Source: Candidatus Aminicenantales bacterium (GTDB lineage: Bacteria > Acidobacteriota > Aminicenantia > Aminicenantales > UBA4085). From it: a DNA stretch of 64,000 nucleotides. The notes under the pieces were generated by a model. The model searched no databases, was not told the DNA's origin, and was given only the letters and a program-made list of their open reading frames with translations. Positions 45,256-54,258 of this stretch are shown here, in pieces. A program made the position numbers and the translations under genes. The stretch covers positions 1-64,000 of the forward strand of contig JBEKTZ010000014.1 of assembly GCA_049515535.1 (NCBI GenBank). Reading direction: 5' to 3'. Each line of letters starts with the position of its first letter. The stretch's first letter is position 1.

Positions 45256-47190
45256 TTATTTCTCTTTATCGTAGAGGGCGATGACATCCTGCGTGGCCTG
45301 GAGATACAGGTCGTATCGGATCTTCCCGCCCTTATCGGTCCGCAGCTTGGTGAGATACGATTGGAGGAACTTGTTCTTCTTGAGCTCGAGGACGGAATTC
45401 GTCTCGGTCTCCTTCTCTTTTTCGAAATCCGCTTTGGTCGCTTCTTTGCGGTCGAGGACGCGGATCAGGCAATAGCCGGTCTCGAACGCGACAGGCTCGC
45501 TCACCTGCTTGAGAGGGAGGGAGAAGGCCAGGTTGTCGATCTCTTTATTTTCCCCGATCAGGCCGATGTACTGCTCTTTCTTATGCGCATCGACCGTCTT
45601 GATCTCGAGCTTGGACTTCTGGGCGACATCCTCCCAATTCCTGTCCGTCAATCGGGCGCGGGCCTCCTTGATTTTCGCCAGGACCGTTTCCATTTTCTTC
45701 GCCTCGGTCACGTCGTTTTCGACTTCGGTTTTCACTTCGTCGAACGTCGCCGCCCGCGGCGCCTCGATCTTGGTCAGTGCGGCGAGGCCTACGCCGCCGT
45801 AGGTGTAGATCGGCGCCGAGATCTCTTTTTCCTTGAGCTGGAAAAGGGCGGCGCTGATCGAACCCGACGGATCGAAGTCCCCGAGGGCCTGGCCGGTCTT
45901 GAGAAGGCCGCTGGACTGGATTTTCTGCCCCGCCTTCTTGGCGGCCGCTTCCAGGCTGTTGTCTTTCTTGGCCTCCTTCGCGAGCAGGGTGATGCGCTGC
46001 GCGGCCAGCTCCCTGGCCTTTTGATCCTGGAGAATGGAACGGATCTGGGGCTTGGCCGCGGAGAGCGGAGTCATCGCGGCCACTTCCTTTTCCGTCACTT
46101 TGAGGATCGAGAAACCATTGTCCAGGGCCACGAGATCGGATGTCTTTCCGGCCGCGAGCTTGCCGATCTCGGTTTGTTCCATCTGGTTCAGCGTTCGCCA
46201 ATCGTAGAGGCCCCAGTCTCCGCCTTCCTGGGCCTTTTTGTCCTTGGAATGCGCCTTGGCCAGCGCGGCGAAATCTTCGCCGGCCTTGACCTTCGCCAGG
46301 ACGGACTGGGCTTCGGCCTGGACGAGAGCCCTGTCCTTATCGGTATATGAGAGGAAGATGCGGCTGACCTTGACCTTCTCGGGGTTCTGGAATTGCGTCG
46401 GGTTGCTCTTGTAGTATTTCTCGATCTCGGATTCGCCGAGTTCGATCTCTTTTTTCAGATCCTCGTTCTTCAGGAAGACGTAGACTGCCTCCCGCTTTTC
46501 CGGGAGCCTATACTTGGCTTTGTTTTTCTCGAAGGTGGCCTGAACTTCCGCGGCGTCGAGCTTTTTATCGAGCTCGACTTTGCTTTTTTCGAGGGCCAGA
46601 TACTCGATCTTGGCCGAGTCCTTGGTTTTTTTGTAGTTGTCCCAGATCTCATTCTGCGTCGCGGTGACGCCGGCGGTCAGGATCTGGACGGTCTTGGCCA
46701 GGACGATCTCCTTGCGGAGGCTGTTCTCAAAATCGGTGATATTGATGTGATTCCACTGCAGCCGCTGTTTGTATTCCTGGTAGCCGATGAATTTCCCGTC
46801 CTGCTGGAGGCCCGGAAAGCTCATGATCTTTTTGGCCACTTCCTGGTCCGAGGCGCGAAGGCCTAACTCGTCGGCGAGGGCCATGAGGAGCGCCTGCTCG
46901 ACCATCTGTTCGAGAACCTGCTGGGGAAGATTGAGCTGCTCGATGAGGGCCTTGTTGATGTCTTTGAACTCGCTCTTGACCGACTCGATGCGGCTCCGGA
47001 GGGCCTGGGAATACGCGGCCAGCGTGATGCGTTCCCGGCCGACGGTCGCGATCGCGTTCGAATCCTGTTTTCTTCCGAGACCTTCGCCCGAAAGCCCCCA
47101 AATGAAGAAAATGGAAGCGATGAAGGTCCCGATGACGAGCCATAGGACCCACTTGAGCGATTGGACATTTTTTCTCATTGTTTTAAGCAT
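45256..47190 (-). CDS. ppiD: PpiD/SurA-type peptidyl-prolyl isomerase chaperone
   Basis: MLKTMRK plus TM anchor, SurA-N region, parvulin GEDFAALAKAHSKD..GGDWG. Confidence 0.88.
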   Translation of the reverse strand: MLKTMRKNVQSLKWVLWLVIGTFIASIFFIWGLSGEGLGRKQDSNAIATVGRERITLAAYSQALRSRIESVKSEFKDINKALIEQLNLPQQVLEQMVEQALLMALADELGLRASDQEVAKKIMSFPGLQQDGKFIGYQEYKQRLQWNHINITDFENSLRKEIVLAKTVQILTAGVTATQNEIWDNYKKTKDSAKIEYLALEKSKVELDKKLDAAEVQATFEKNKAKYRLPEKREAVYVFLKNEDLKKEIELGESEIEKYYKSNPTQFQNPEKVKVSRIFLSYTDKDRALVQAEAQSVLAKVKAGEDFAALAKAHSKDKKAQEGGDWGLYDWRTLNQMEQTEIGKLAAGKTSDLVALDNGFSILKVTEKEVAAMTPLSAAKPQIRSILQDQKARELAAQRITLLAKEAKKDNSLEAAAKKAGQKIQSSGLLKTGQALGDFDPSGSISAALFQLKEKEISAPIYTYGGVGLAALTKIEAPRAATFDEVKTEVENDVTEAKKMETVLAKIKEARARLTDRNWEDVAQKSKLEIKTVDAHKKEQYIGLIGENKEIDNLAFSLPLKQVSEPVAFETGYCLIRVLDRKEATKADFEKEKETETNSVLELKKNKFLQSYLTKLRTDKGGKIRYDLYLQATQDVIALYDKEK

Positions 47191-47194
47191 CGGT

Positions 47195-47725
47195 TCACCT
47201 CAAATATTGCCGGGAAATGGATGTCATGTCTTTTGCGCCTTTTTTTGGGGGGAACAGGGGATAAAGGCGGTCGAAGGTCGCATCGAGGTCCTCGATCACG
47301 ATCTTGGTCCGGCCGACGATGGGCATGAAATTGGAGTCGCCCGACCAGCGGGGGACGATGTGAACATGGTAATGGTCCACGACGCCGGCTCCGGCGCTCC
47401 GGCCCAGGTTCATGCCGATATTGAACCCCTGGGGATGGTAAGCTTTCTTCAGGACGTCCACGCTCAGCCGCATGAGATCGATGATTTCGTGGCTTACATC
47501 TTGCGGGGAGCGTTCGAAGGCGGCGGTGTGCTTAACGGGGGCGATCATGATATGGCCGGACTGATACGGGAATTTGTTCAGGATGACGAATGCGCTCCGG
47601 CCTCGATAGAGGATACCGGATCGCCTGGCGTCCTTGATCTTGAGGGCGCGGCAAAGAGGGCATCCGGTCATCTTATGGACGTTCCGGACATAGGACCCGC
47701 GCCACGGGGCGGCGATGTACTGCAT
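47195..47725 (-). CDS. HIT family hydrolase
   Basis: APWR, LNKFPY..GH, HYHVHIVPRW. Confidence 0.93.
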   Translation of the reverse strand: MQYIAAPWRGSYVRNVHKMTGCPLCRALKIKDARRSGILYRGRSAFVILNKFPYQSGHIMIAPVKHTAAFERSPQDVSHEIIDLMRLSVDVLKKAYHPQGFNIGMNLGRSAGAGVVDHYHVHIVPRWSGDSNFMPIVGRTKIVIEDLDATFDRLYPLFPPKKGAKDMTSISRQYLR

Positions 47726-48000
47726 TACTTGTTGATCAGCTCCTTGAGGAGCTTGCTGGGCTTGAAGTACAGGACTTTTTTCGAGGGGACTTTCACCGGG
47801 TCGCCCGTTCGCGGGTTGCGTCCGGACCGCGACGGCCTGTTGCGGAACCGGAAGCTGCCGAATCCCCGGACCTCGATCTCCTCGCCCTTGAGGATGGCGT
47901 CCTTGATCGTGTCAAAAAAGAGATTCACACCGATTTCCGCTTCCTGTTTGGGAATGGCCAGCTCCTTGGAGATCTTGTTGATGAGATCAGCCTTAATCAT
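47725..48000 (-). CDS. HU/IHF family DNA-binding protein (IHF beta-like)
   Basis: IEVRGFGSF..GRNPRTG..FKPSK. Confidence 0.95.
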   Translation of the reverse strand: MIKADLINKISKELAIPKQEAEIGVNLFFDTIKDAILKGEEIEVRGFGSFRFRNRPSRSGRNPRTGDPVKVPSKKVLYFKPSKLLKELINK

Positions 48001-49748
48001 CGGTTTTCTCCTTTTTTTTGGTGGCTTTCTTGGGGGGTCCGGATCATTTTGCTCAATTGATCCTTCATGAGGTCCCCCAGCGTCATCCGGTCGTTCTGAT
48101 TGTCGACATATCTCTGGTACTCTTGCTTCTGGATGTCCATTTGGGCCTGCCGGAAGCTGAGCGAGATTCTTTTATCCTTGGGATTCAATTTGATGATCTT
48201 GGCGGTCTTTTCCTCGCCGACCTTGAAAACTTCGGCCGGATTGTCGATCTTGTTGTCGTCGAGCTCCGAGAGAAAAACGACGCCTTCGATCCCCGGCATG
48301 ATCTCGACGAAGAGGCCGAAATCGGCGATACGGACGATCTTGACGTGGACGAGATCCCCGGTCTTCTGCCGGGCGAAGAATTCCTCCCAGATATCGCCCT
48401 CGAGCTGTTTGATGCCGAGGGAGACTTTCTGCTTTTCGACGTCGATATTGAGGATCACGGCCTCCGCGTCCTGGCCGACCTTCAGCTTGGCCGAGGGATG
48501 TTTGATTTTTTCCCAGGAGATGTCGGAGATGTGGATGAGCCCTTCTATTCCCGGCTCAATCTCCATGAATGCGCCGAAGTCCGTGATGCTCGTGATCTTG
48601 CCCTGGATGTGCGTGCCGGGAGCGTATTTCTGCTTGATGACTTCGAGCGGATGAGGCGAGGATTGCTTGAGGCCGAGGGATATGCGTTTGGAGGCGGGGT
48701 TGACCTCGAGGACGGTCACGGTCACTTCCTCCCCAAAGGATAGGAGTTTCTTGGGATGGATCATCTTGCGCGACCAACTGAGGTCGGAGATGTGGATGAG
48801 GCCTTCGACGCCTTTTTCGAGCTCGACGAAGGCGCCGAAGTCGGTGAGGCTCGTGACCTTGCCGTTGATCTTTTGCCCGGCTTGATACTTCTCGGCGATA
48901 TTGGCCCATGGGTCCGGAGACAGTTGCTTGAGACCCAGGGAGATCTTCTCTTCCTTCTCGTTGAAGTCGAGGACGACGACTTCGATCTCGTCTCCGACAT
49001 GAAGAATCTCCGCGGGATGGGCGATTTTTCCCCAGGACATGTCGGACACGTGAAGGAGGCCTTCCACGCCTCCCAGGTCGACGAAAGCGCCGAAGTTCGT
49101 CAGGGATTTCACCTGGCCCTTGATCTGCTGTCCTTTGGCCAGGTGGCTGAAGACTTTCCGGCGTTTCTTTTCCCTCTCGTCCAGGAGGTAGAGCTTCCGG
49201 GACAGGACCGCGTTCTCGCTCTTCCGGTCGAATTTGATGACCTTGAACTTGAACGTCTGGCCGACGAGCTTGTCGGGATCCTTGACGATCCGGATATCGG
49301 CGTGGGAATCCGGCATAAACGTGTCGAGGCCGACGTTCACGGTGTAGCCGTTCCTGTTCTTTTCCGTGATTTTGCCCGTGACGAAGTTCCCGTGGGAAAA
49401 GGCCTTTTCCAGGACATCCAGGGCCCTCTGCAGGTCCGCGCTTTTCTTGGATAGGATGAAGTATCCTTCCTTGGGGTCGGTCTTCTCCAGGACCGCCTCG
49501 ATCTCGTCGCCCGCTTTGGGCCTCGAGGGGGTCGCGCTTTCCGTGAATTCCTCGATGGCGATGACGCCTTCGGACTTGAGACCGATGTCCACGAGAACGT
49601 GGCTGGGGGTGACCTTGATCACCCGCCCTTTGATGAGCTTGCCCACGGAGACTTCCTTGGTGCTGTACTGGTACTTGTCCAGCAGGTGCTCGTAATCCTC
49701 GGACGTCATTTTTTCATCTTTTTCTGGACGCTTGGTTATCTCTGACAT
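47997..49748 (-). CDS. rpsA: 30S ribosomal protein S1
   Basis: Six S1 repeats (FGAFV..EGLLHVSDMSW). Confidence 0.97.
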   Translation of the reverse strand: MSEITKRPEKDEKMTSEDYEHLLDKYQYSTKEVSVGKLIKGRVIKVTPSHVLVDIGLKSEGVIAIEEFTESATPSRPKAGDEIEAVLEKTDPKEGYFILSKKSADLQRALDVLEKAFSHGNFVTGKITEKNRNGYTVNVGLDTFMPDSHADIRIVKDPDKLVGQTFKFKVIKFDRKSENAVLSRKLYLLDEREKKRRKVFSHLAKGQQIKGQVKSLTNFGAFVDLGGVEGLLHVSDMSWGKIAHPAEILHVGDEIEVVVLDFNEKEEKISLGLKQLSPDPWANIAEKYQAGQKINGKVTSLTDFGAFVELEKGVEGLIHISDLSWSRKMIHPKKLLSFGEEVTVTVLEVNPASKRISLGLKQSSPHPLEVIKQKYAPGTHIQGKITSITDFGAFMEIEPGIEGLIHISDISWEKIKHPSAKLKVGQDAEAVILNIDVEKQKVSLGIKQLEGDIWEEFFARQKTGDLVHVKIVRIADFGLFVEIMPGIEGVVFLSELDDNKIDNPAEVFKVGEEKTAKIIKLNPKDKRISLSFRQAQMDIQKQEYQRYVDNQNDRMTLGDLMKDQLSKMIRTPQESHQKKGENR

Positions 49749-50614
49749 TGGACCCGACTCTCCTCATCTGAATGTTGCTCGAAGTTCTGCTGGATTTTTT
49801 CGACAGCGGCTTCGATGGCCTCGGGCGGGGTGGACGCCCCTCCCGATATCCCTATGATTCTTGCTCCGCGGAGCATTCTGGGCGTGATTTGATCGGCGCT
49901 CTCGATGAAGTGCGTTTTGGGAAGAATGCGCTTGGAGATCTGATAGAGCTTATGGGTATTGGAGCTTCGCTTCCCTCCGACGATGAACAGGGCCTCGACC
50001 TCGGCGGCGAGCTCGGACGTGACCCGCTGGCGCGTTTGGGTCGAGTGACAGATGGTGTTGAAGACCCGGAGTTCCTCGGTTTTTTCGATGAGGGCGGCCA
50101 CGACCTTTCCGAACAGGTATAAATCCTGAGTGGATTGGGCGAGCACGGCCCTTTTTTTCTTGAAGGGAAGCGGCCCCGCTTGGGATTCGTTTTCGAGGAT
50201 CATGCCCCGGCCGCGGCTGTATCCGATCAGCCCTTTGATCTCGGGGTGTTCTTTATTGCCGACGATGATGATCTCCTGCCTCTCTTCGGCCAGGCGGGCG
50301 ACCAGCTTTTGGATCTTCTTGACGATCGGGCAGGTCGCGTCGACGACCTCGATCTTTTTTTTCTTCAAGGCTTTGTTGATCTCGGGCGAAACGCCGTGGC
50401 TGCGGATGATGACGGTGCCGTTTTTAATGTCGTTCATGTTCTCGGCGGAATCGATCCCCCGGCGCTCCAGGTCGGCGATGACCTGGGGATTGTGGATGAG
50501 ATCGCCGAGCGTCGTCACCTTGCCGGAGCGGCGCTGCCGCGTTTCCCGGGCGATCTTCAAGGCGCGTTTGACGCCGTAGCACAATCCCGTGTTCTTGGCG
50601 ATGATGATTTCCAT
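49736..50614 (-). CDS. ispH: 4-hydroxy-3-methylbut-2-enyl diphosphate reductase
   Basis: GLCYGVKRA, IHN, SHG, DATCP, HPE, NTIC, SSNT, GASTP. Confidence 0.96.
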   Translation of the reverse strand: MEIIIAKNTGLCYGVKRALKIARETRQRRSGKVTTLGDLIHNPQVIADLERRGIDSAENMNDIKNGTVIIRSHGVSPEINKALKKKKIEVVDATCPIVKKIQKLVARLAEERQEIIIVGNKEHPEIKGLIGYSRGRGMILENESQAGPLPFKKKRAVLAQSTQDLYLFGKVVAALIEKTEELRVFNTICHSTQTRQRVTSELAAEVEALFIVGGKRSSNTHKLYQISKRILPKTHFIESADQITPRMLRGARIIGISGGASTPPEAIEAAVEKIQQNFEQHSDEESRVQCQR

Positions 50615-50705
50615 GTTCGGATAAAAACGATGGTTTATCCTATATGATCGGCCGCCCTTTGTCAATGCTAAGTATCGATGAAACCTTGATTTACGAAATC
50701 TCAGC

Positions 50706-50869
50706 CAAGGGACGAGCCTTCGCGGCGGAAGTCAAGGGACGAGCCTTGGGCTCGCCACTCGCCCGTAGCTTATATCCACGGGCGAGTACGGCGGAAGTGG
50801 ACCCCCAGGCAAAGCCTGGGGCCCCAGCCGCCGTGGATCCCCGGTTAAAGCCCGGGGCCCCGGCCGCCG
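50706..50869 (-). repeat. Modular hairpin repeat family B, composite copy (A-A-B-C-C)
   Basis: Reverse complement carries two A modules, the B hairpin and two AAGGCTCGTCCCTTG modules; includes the stop codon of the deacylase gene. Confidence 0.9.
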
Positions 50870-51990
50870 CGGAGGAACGCCCCGATCCCGCGAGCCCGGA
50901 CTTCAACGGCCGGCGGCAGACCCTCGATCAGGACGGCCTTTTCCGGTTCGAGCTCCTTGAGGCTCGAAAGAACGGCGGCCAAACCGGCGATGTGCCGGGC
51001 GACGCGGTCCTTGAGGGGAATGCCCTCGGGCCCGTAGGGAACGAACAGCCGGCCGAGGCGCGAAGCTTTTTCGTAAAATTTGTCCTTGCCGTCCACGACG
51101 AGCGAAACCGAGGGTTTGCCCTTGAGCCGGCCGTGGGATGCGTTTGGCGTTTCCATCAGGATGGCCTTGATCTTGGCGGCGTCGCCCCATTCCCGGTGGG
51201 ACAGGCCGCGCAGGTTGGGCGGCGAAGCCTCGAGCCGGAACTCGAACCCTTCGGCCTGGAGCTCCATTTGAGCCGTCGCGGCGAGCTCGGCGCTGTTCTC
51301 GTGAAAGACGATGGCGTTGATGACGGGGTATTCGGGCGCCGATTCGTGGAGGTCGATGCCCAGGTCGATCCTTTCCGTCTTGATGAGCTCCATGATCCCG
51401 TAAGCGACCCGCTCGGTGAGACGGCCGTCCGCTTTTCCCGGGTAGGCGCGATTGAGATTGCGCGCTTCGACGCCGGCCAGCGTCTGCCCCATGGGGTTGA
51501 CGTAGATCGTGGGGTCCGGCCATTGGTGGACGGGATTGGTGACGCGCGAACCGAGCCGGAAATATCTTTTTCCCGAAGGGGTTTCGATATCGAAGCGCTG
51601 AGGGCTGGCTTCCTGCGGGTCGCTGTGGGTGAATCCGCTCGCGTTCGCCCAGGGGACGATCACGACCTTCCCCCGGGAAGCCCGGATGTTTTCGACGAGG
51701 AGAATGGCGGTCATATAGCCGGCCGGCTCATTGGGGTGCGTCCCACCCAGGATGAGGACGTTCCCGCCCTTGGCTTTCCCTTCGAAGACAAAGACCGGCG
51801 TATCGCCGGGCGTATTCTTGAGCGGGGGAAAATAATCGCTCAAGCGGCGGGACGCGGTCAGCCCCTGGCCGGGGAAGACGACATCGGCGGCGCGCATGCT
51901 GAGAAACTCTCTCCCGGCCAAGAATGATACGGCCAGAGTCAGTCCCAGGAAAAAGGAAGTCCTCATAAGTTGGATTGGTTTTTTATTCAA
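50845..51990 (-). CDS. Succinylglutamate desuccinylase / aspartoacylase (M14-like) family zinc hydrolase, membrane-anchored or exported
   Basis: GGTHPNEP, RNLNRAYPG, IDLHES, METP; hydrophobic N-terminus; start uncertain. Confidence 0.85.
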   Translation of the reverse strand: MNKKPIQLMRTSFFLGLTLAVSFLAGREFLSMRAADVVFPGQGLTASRRLSDYFPPLKNTPGDTPVFVFEGKAKGGNVLILGGTHPNEPAGYMTAILLVENIRASRGKVVIVPWANASGFTHSDPQEASPQRFDIETPSGKRYFRLGSRVTNPVHQWPDPTIYVNPMGQTLAGVEARNLNRAYPGKADGRLTERVAYGIMELIKTERIDLGIDLHESAPEYPVINAIVFHENSAELAATAQMELQAEGFEFRLEASPPNLRGLSHREWGDAAKIKAILMETPNASHGRLKGKPSVSLVVDGKDKFYEKASRLGRLFVPYGPEGIPLKDRVARHIAGLAAVLSSLKELEPEKAVLIEGLPPAVEVRARGIGAFLRGGRGPGL

Positions 51991-52126
51991 CGAGGAACAT
52001 CCTCAGCAGAAACATGACCAAGACAAGGACGATGCCCGCCTGCCGCCAGAATCTCTTTTCGCGGAAAAGACACCAGAGAACGTGAGCCTTGAGATAAGCG
52101 ACGAAAAGTTGGTATATGATCCGCAT
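51983..52126 (-). CDS. 47-aa small membrane protein
   Basis: MRIIYQLFVAYLKAHVLWCLFREKRFWRQAGIVLVLVMFLLRMFLVE; fills the gap between permease and deacylase exactly. Confidence 0.65.
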   Translation of the reverse strand: MRIIYQLFVAYLKAHVLWCLFREKRFWRQAGIVLVLVMFLLRMFLVE

Positions 52127-52131
52127 GTTTC

Positions 52132-53400
52132 TTATAGGATTTTTTCGAGCAGCGGCGCCAAAAGAAGGACACCGAGGCTTACGGCCAGGACGAACAGGGC
52201 CGGAACCAGGCAATGGCGCAATACGCCGGAAAATCTCCTTTCGCCGACGACCTTGGCGGAGAACCGCGCCGCCATGGCCGCCGGAGGCATCAGGTCTCCG
52301 ATCCCGACGATGGCCGATAAGGCGGACGCCGAGATCAGAGCGTTCTTGTTGACGAGGGCGAGAAGGAATGGAACGCCCAGAATCGAGGCCGAACCGAAGG
52401 CGGACACGCCTCCGAAAAGAGGCAGGCCGACGGAGATGCTCGCGTACAGCCAAGCCGGAGGAAGAGAGAGAAAAGTCGAGACCGCCCAGCCGCGCGCCCC
52501 GGTCAGCGTCATGACCTGGATGAACATGCCGACGCCCGCCAGGAGAGAGAGGATGGGCATGGCCTCCTCAACTGCTTTTTGGGTGGCCTTTAAAAAATTG
52601 AACCGGCGGCCGCAGCCGAGGCCGGCCAGGCTGCCGGCGAAAAAGATCGCCGGAAGTCCGGGGTCCGGAATAAAGGAAAGATGGACGGCCTGGACAATCA
52701 TGAGAGCGAGAACCAAAAGGAGAGGCAGGTAGAGACGAAACTTCTTCTTTTCCGGGACGCCCGGAGGCAAAAGGGCTTTCATCTCGTCGGCGGAGACGGC
52801 CTTGATATCTTTGAGGCCGAGCCACAAGGCGATGATGACGGCGAGGGGAACGACGATGATCAAAAGCGGCGCGGTCAGCCCGGCATAGGGCATGTCGACG
52901 CCTCCGCCCATGATCATGACCGGAATATTGACGGGAGGAGCGATCATGCCGAGGATGGCGCCCATGGCCACGAAGGCGGCCGTTTTCAGGCGCGGGAGAC
53001 CGAGCTTCATCAGGACGGGCGCGATGAGGGGGCCCGTGCTCAACACGGCCGCGAGCGAGGAGCCCGTGATCATGCCCGGAAACATGAGGAAAAGCATGAC
53101 TGTCAGGAGCAGCAGAATCCTGTTTTTGTGGAACGTTTTCAGAATCGCCGCCACCAGGCCGTCGAGGATTCCGGACTCTTGGAGGACCTTCATGAAGATC
53201 ATGGCCGAAGCGATGATGAGGATGATGTCGAAGAAGCCGAACGCGCCTTCAACGAGATGGCGGAGAGCGATCCCCTCTCCTCCGGCGAGCGCGCCGGCCA
53301 AGGCGGCCAGGGCCAGCGACACGCCCATGGGGATTTTGAACAGAACGGCGAACAGGATGAAGGCGGCCAACATGAGGAGAAGAATCAAGGGTTCGGCCAT
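52132..53400 (-). CDS. TRAP large-permease (DctM)-like IT-superfamily transporter
   Basis: Highly hydrophobic; PGMITGSSLA, LGMIAPPVNIP, GDLMPP. Confidence 0.85.
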   Translation of the reverse strand: MAEPLILLLMLAAFILFAVLFKIPMGVSLALAALAGALAGGEGIALRHLVEGAFGFFDIILIIASAMIFMKVLQESGILDGLVAAILKTFHKNRILLLLTVMLFLMFPGMITGSSLAAVLSTGPLIAPVLMKLGLPRLKTAAFVAMGAILGMIAPPVNIPVMIMGGGVDMPYAGLTAPLLIIVVPLAVIIALWLGLKDIKAVSADEMKALLPPGVPEKKKFRLYLPLLLVLALMIVQAVHLSFIPDPGLPAIFFAGSLAGLGCGRRFNFLKATQKAVEEAMPILSLLAGVGMFIQVMTLTGARGWAVSTFLSLPPAWLYASISVGLPLFGGVSAFGSASILGVPFLLALVNKNALISASALSAIVGIGDLMPPAAMAARFSAKVVGERRFSGVLRHCLVPALFVLAVSLGVLLLAPLLEKIL

Positions 53401-53511
53401 GCTGATTCTTAATGCGTCGCGGGTCCCCCCGCCGTCCGGCCCCGCCGTCCTCGTTCCTCACTCCGACGAAGGTCCTGTCCGCTTCGGACTCCGGGGCGTC
53501 CGGTCGGCGCC

Positions 53512-53576
53512 ACGGCGGCCGGGGCCCCGGGCTTTACCCGGGGGTCCACTTCCGCCGCGAAGGCTCGTCCCTTGAC
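53512..53576 (+). repeat. Modular hairpin repeat family B, short copy (A-C, lacks hairpin B)
   Basis: ACGGCGGCCGGGGCCCCGGGCTTTACCCGGGGGTCCACTTCCGCCGCGAAGGCTCGTCCCTTGAC. Confidence 0.9.
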
Positions 53577-53605
53577 CCGCGCCGCTTCAATTTGAACGGA
53601 TCGGA

Positions 53606-54181
53606 TCAATAGGATGATGACCTTTTGAATATGTTTTTTAACGGCTCGACGGCGTCGAGCGATTTGTCGACTTCGATCAACGGGATGTTCTTTCCCCTGC
53701 AGATCTTCGTGAACAGCCCGTCGGCGTTGCCCGTCTTGAGAATGACGGCCATTTTCGCCGCCGGGAGGAATTCGCCGATGATCTCGTCCGTCAGTTCCCC
53801 GCGCCGCTGTTCGCCGCCGAGGTGCATGGCCAAGACGGGGACATTTTTCCTCTTGGCTTCGGCGAGGAGCTCCCGGATCCTTTCCTTTTCCTTGTTCGCG
53901 TCCAGCCCGGCCGAGCCCATTCCCTTCATGCTCGCGCCGAGGACGAGAACGAGCGTTTTCCGGCTTTCCAGGTCTTTGCCCTCGGCCATTTTCGAAAGGA
54001 CGGCCGTCAACCCGGCTTTTTTGGCCAATTGCAGGGCGATCTGGGCGTCACCCGAGCTCTGGCCCGCCGAGGTGATGAGCAAGGGCTGCTCGAAAATCGG
54101 CTGGGGAGCCTGGGCGGAGAGAAAAGAAGCGGCAAGGATGCCGCAGATGATGAACAATTTCATGGCCCGTCGTTCTCTCAT
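53606..54181 (-). CDS. Exported protein, DUF6305-like
   Basis: Signal peptide; PLLITSAGQS, GASMKGMGSAG, HLGGEQRRG, GNADGLFT; AGGAGG RBS. Confidence 0.7.
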   Translation of the reverse strand: MRERRAMKLFIICGILAASFLSAQAPQPIFEQPLLITSAGQSSGDAQIALQLAKKAGLTAVLSKMAEGKDLESRKTLVLVLGASMKGMGSAGLDANKEKERIRELLAEAKRKNVPVLAMHLGGEQRRGELTDEIIGEFLPAAKMAVILKTGNADGLFTKICRGKNIPLIEVDKSLDAVEPLKNIFKRSSSY

Positions 54182-54258
54182 GTGATCCTCCTGGAGTCGG
54201 CGATGTCCATGGTCAAAGGCGGATGATCGGGGTGCCGTCGAACAGACCCCGGCTCATA

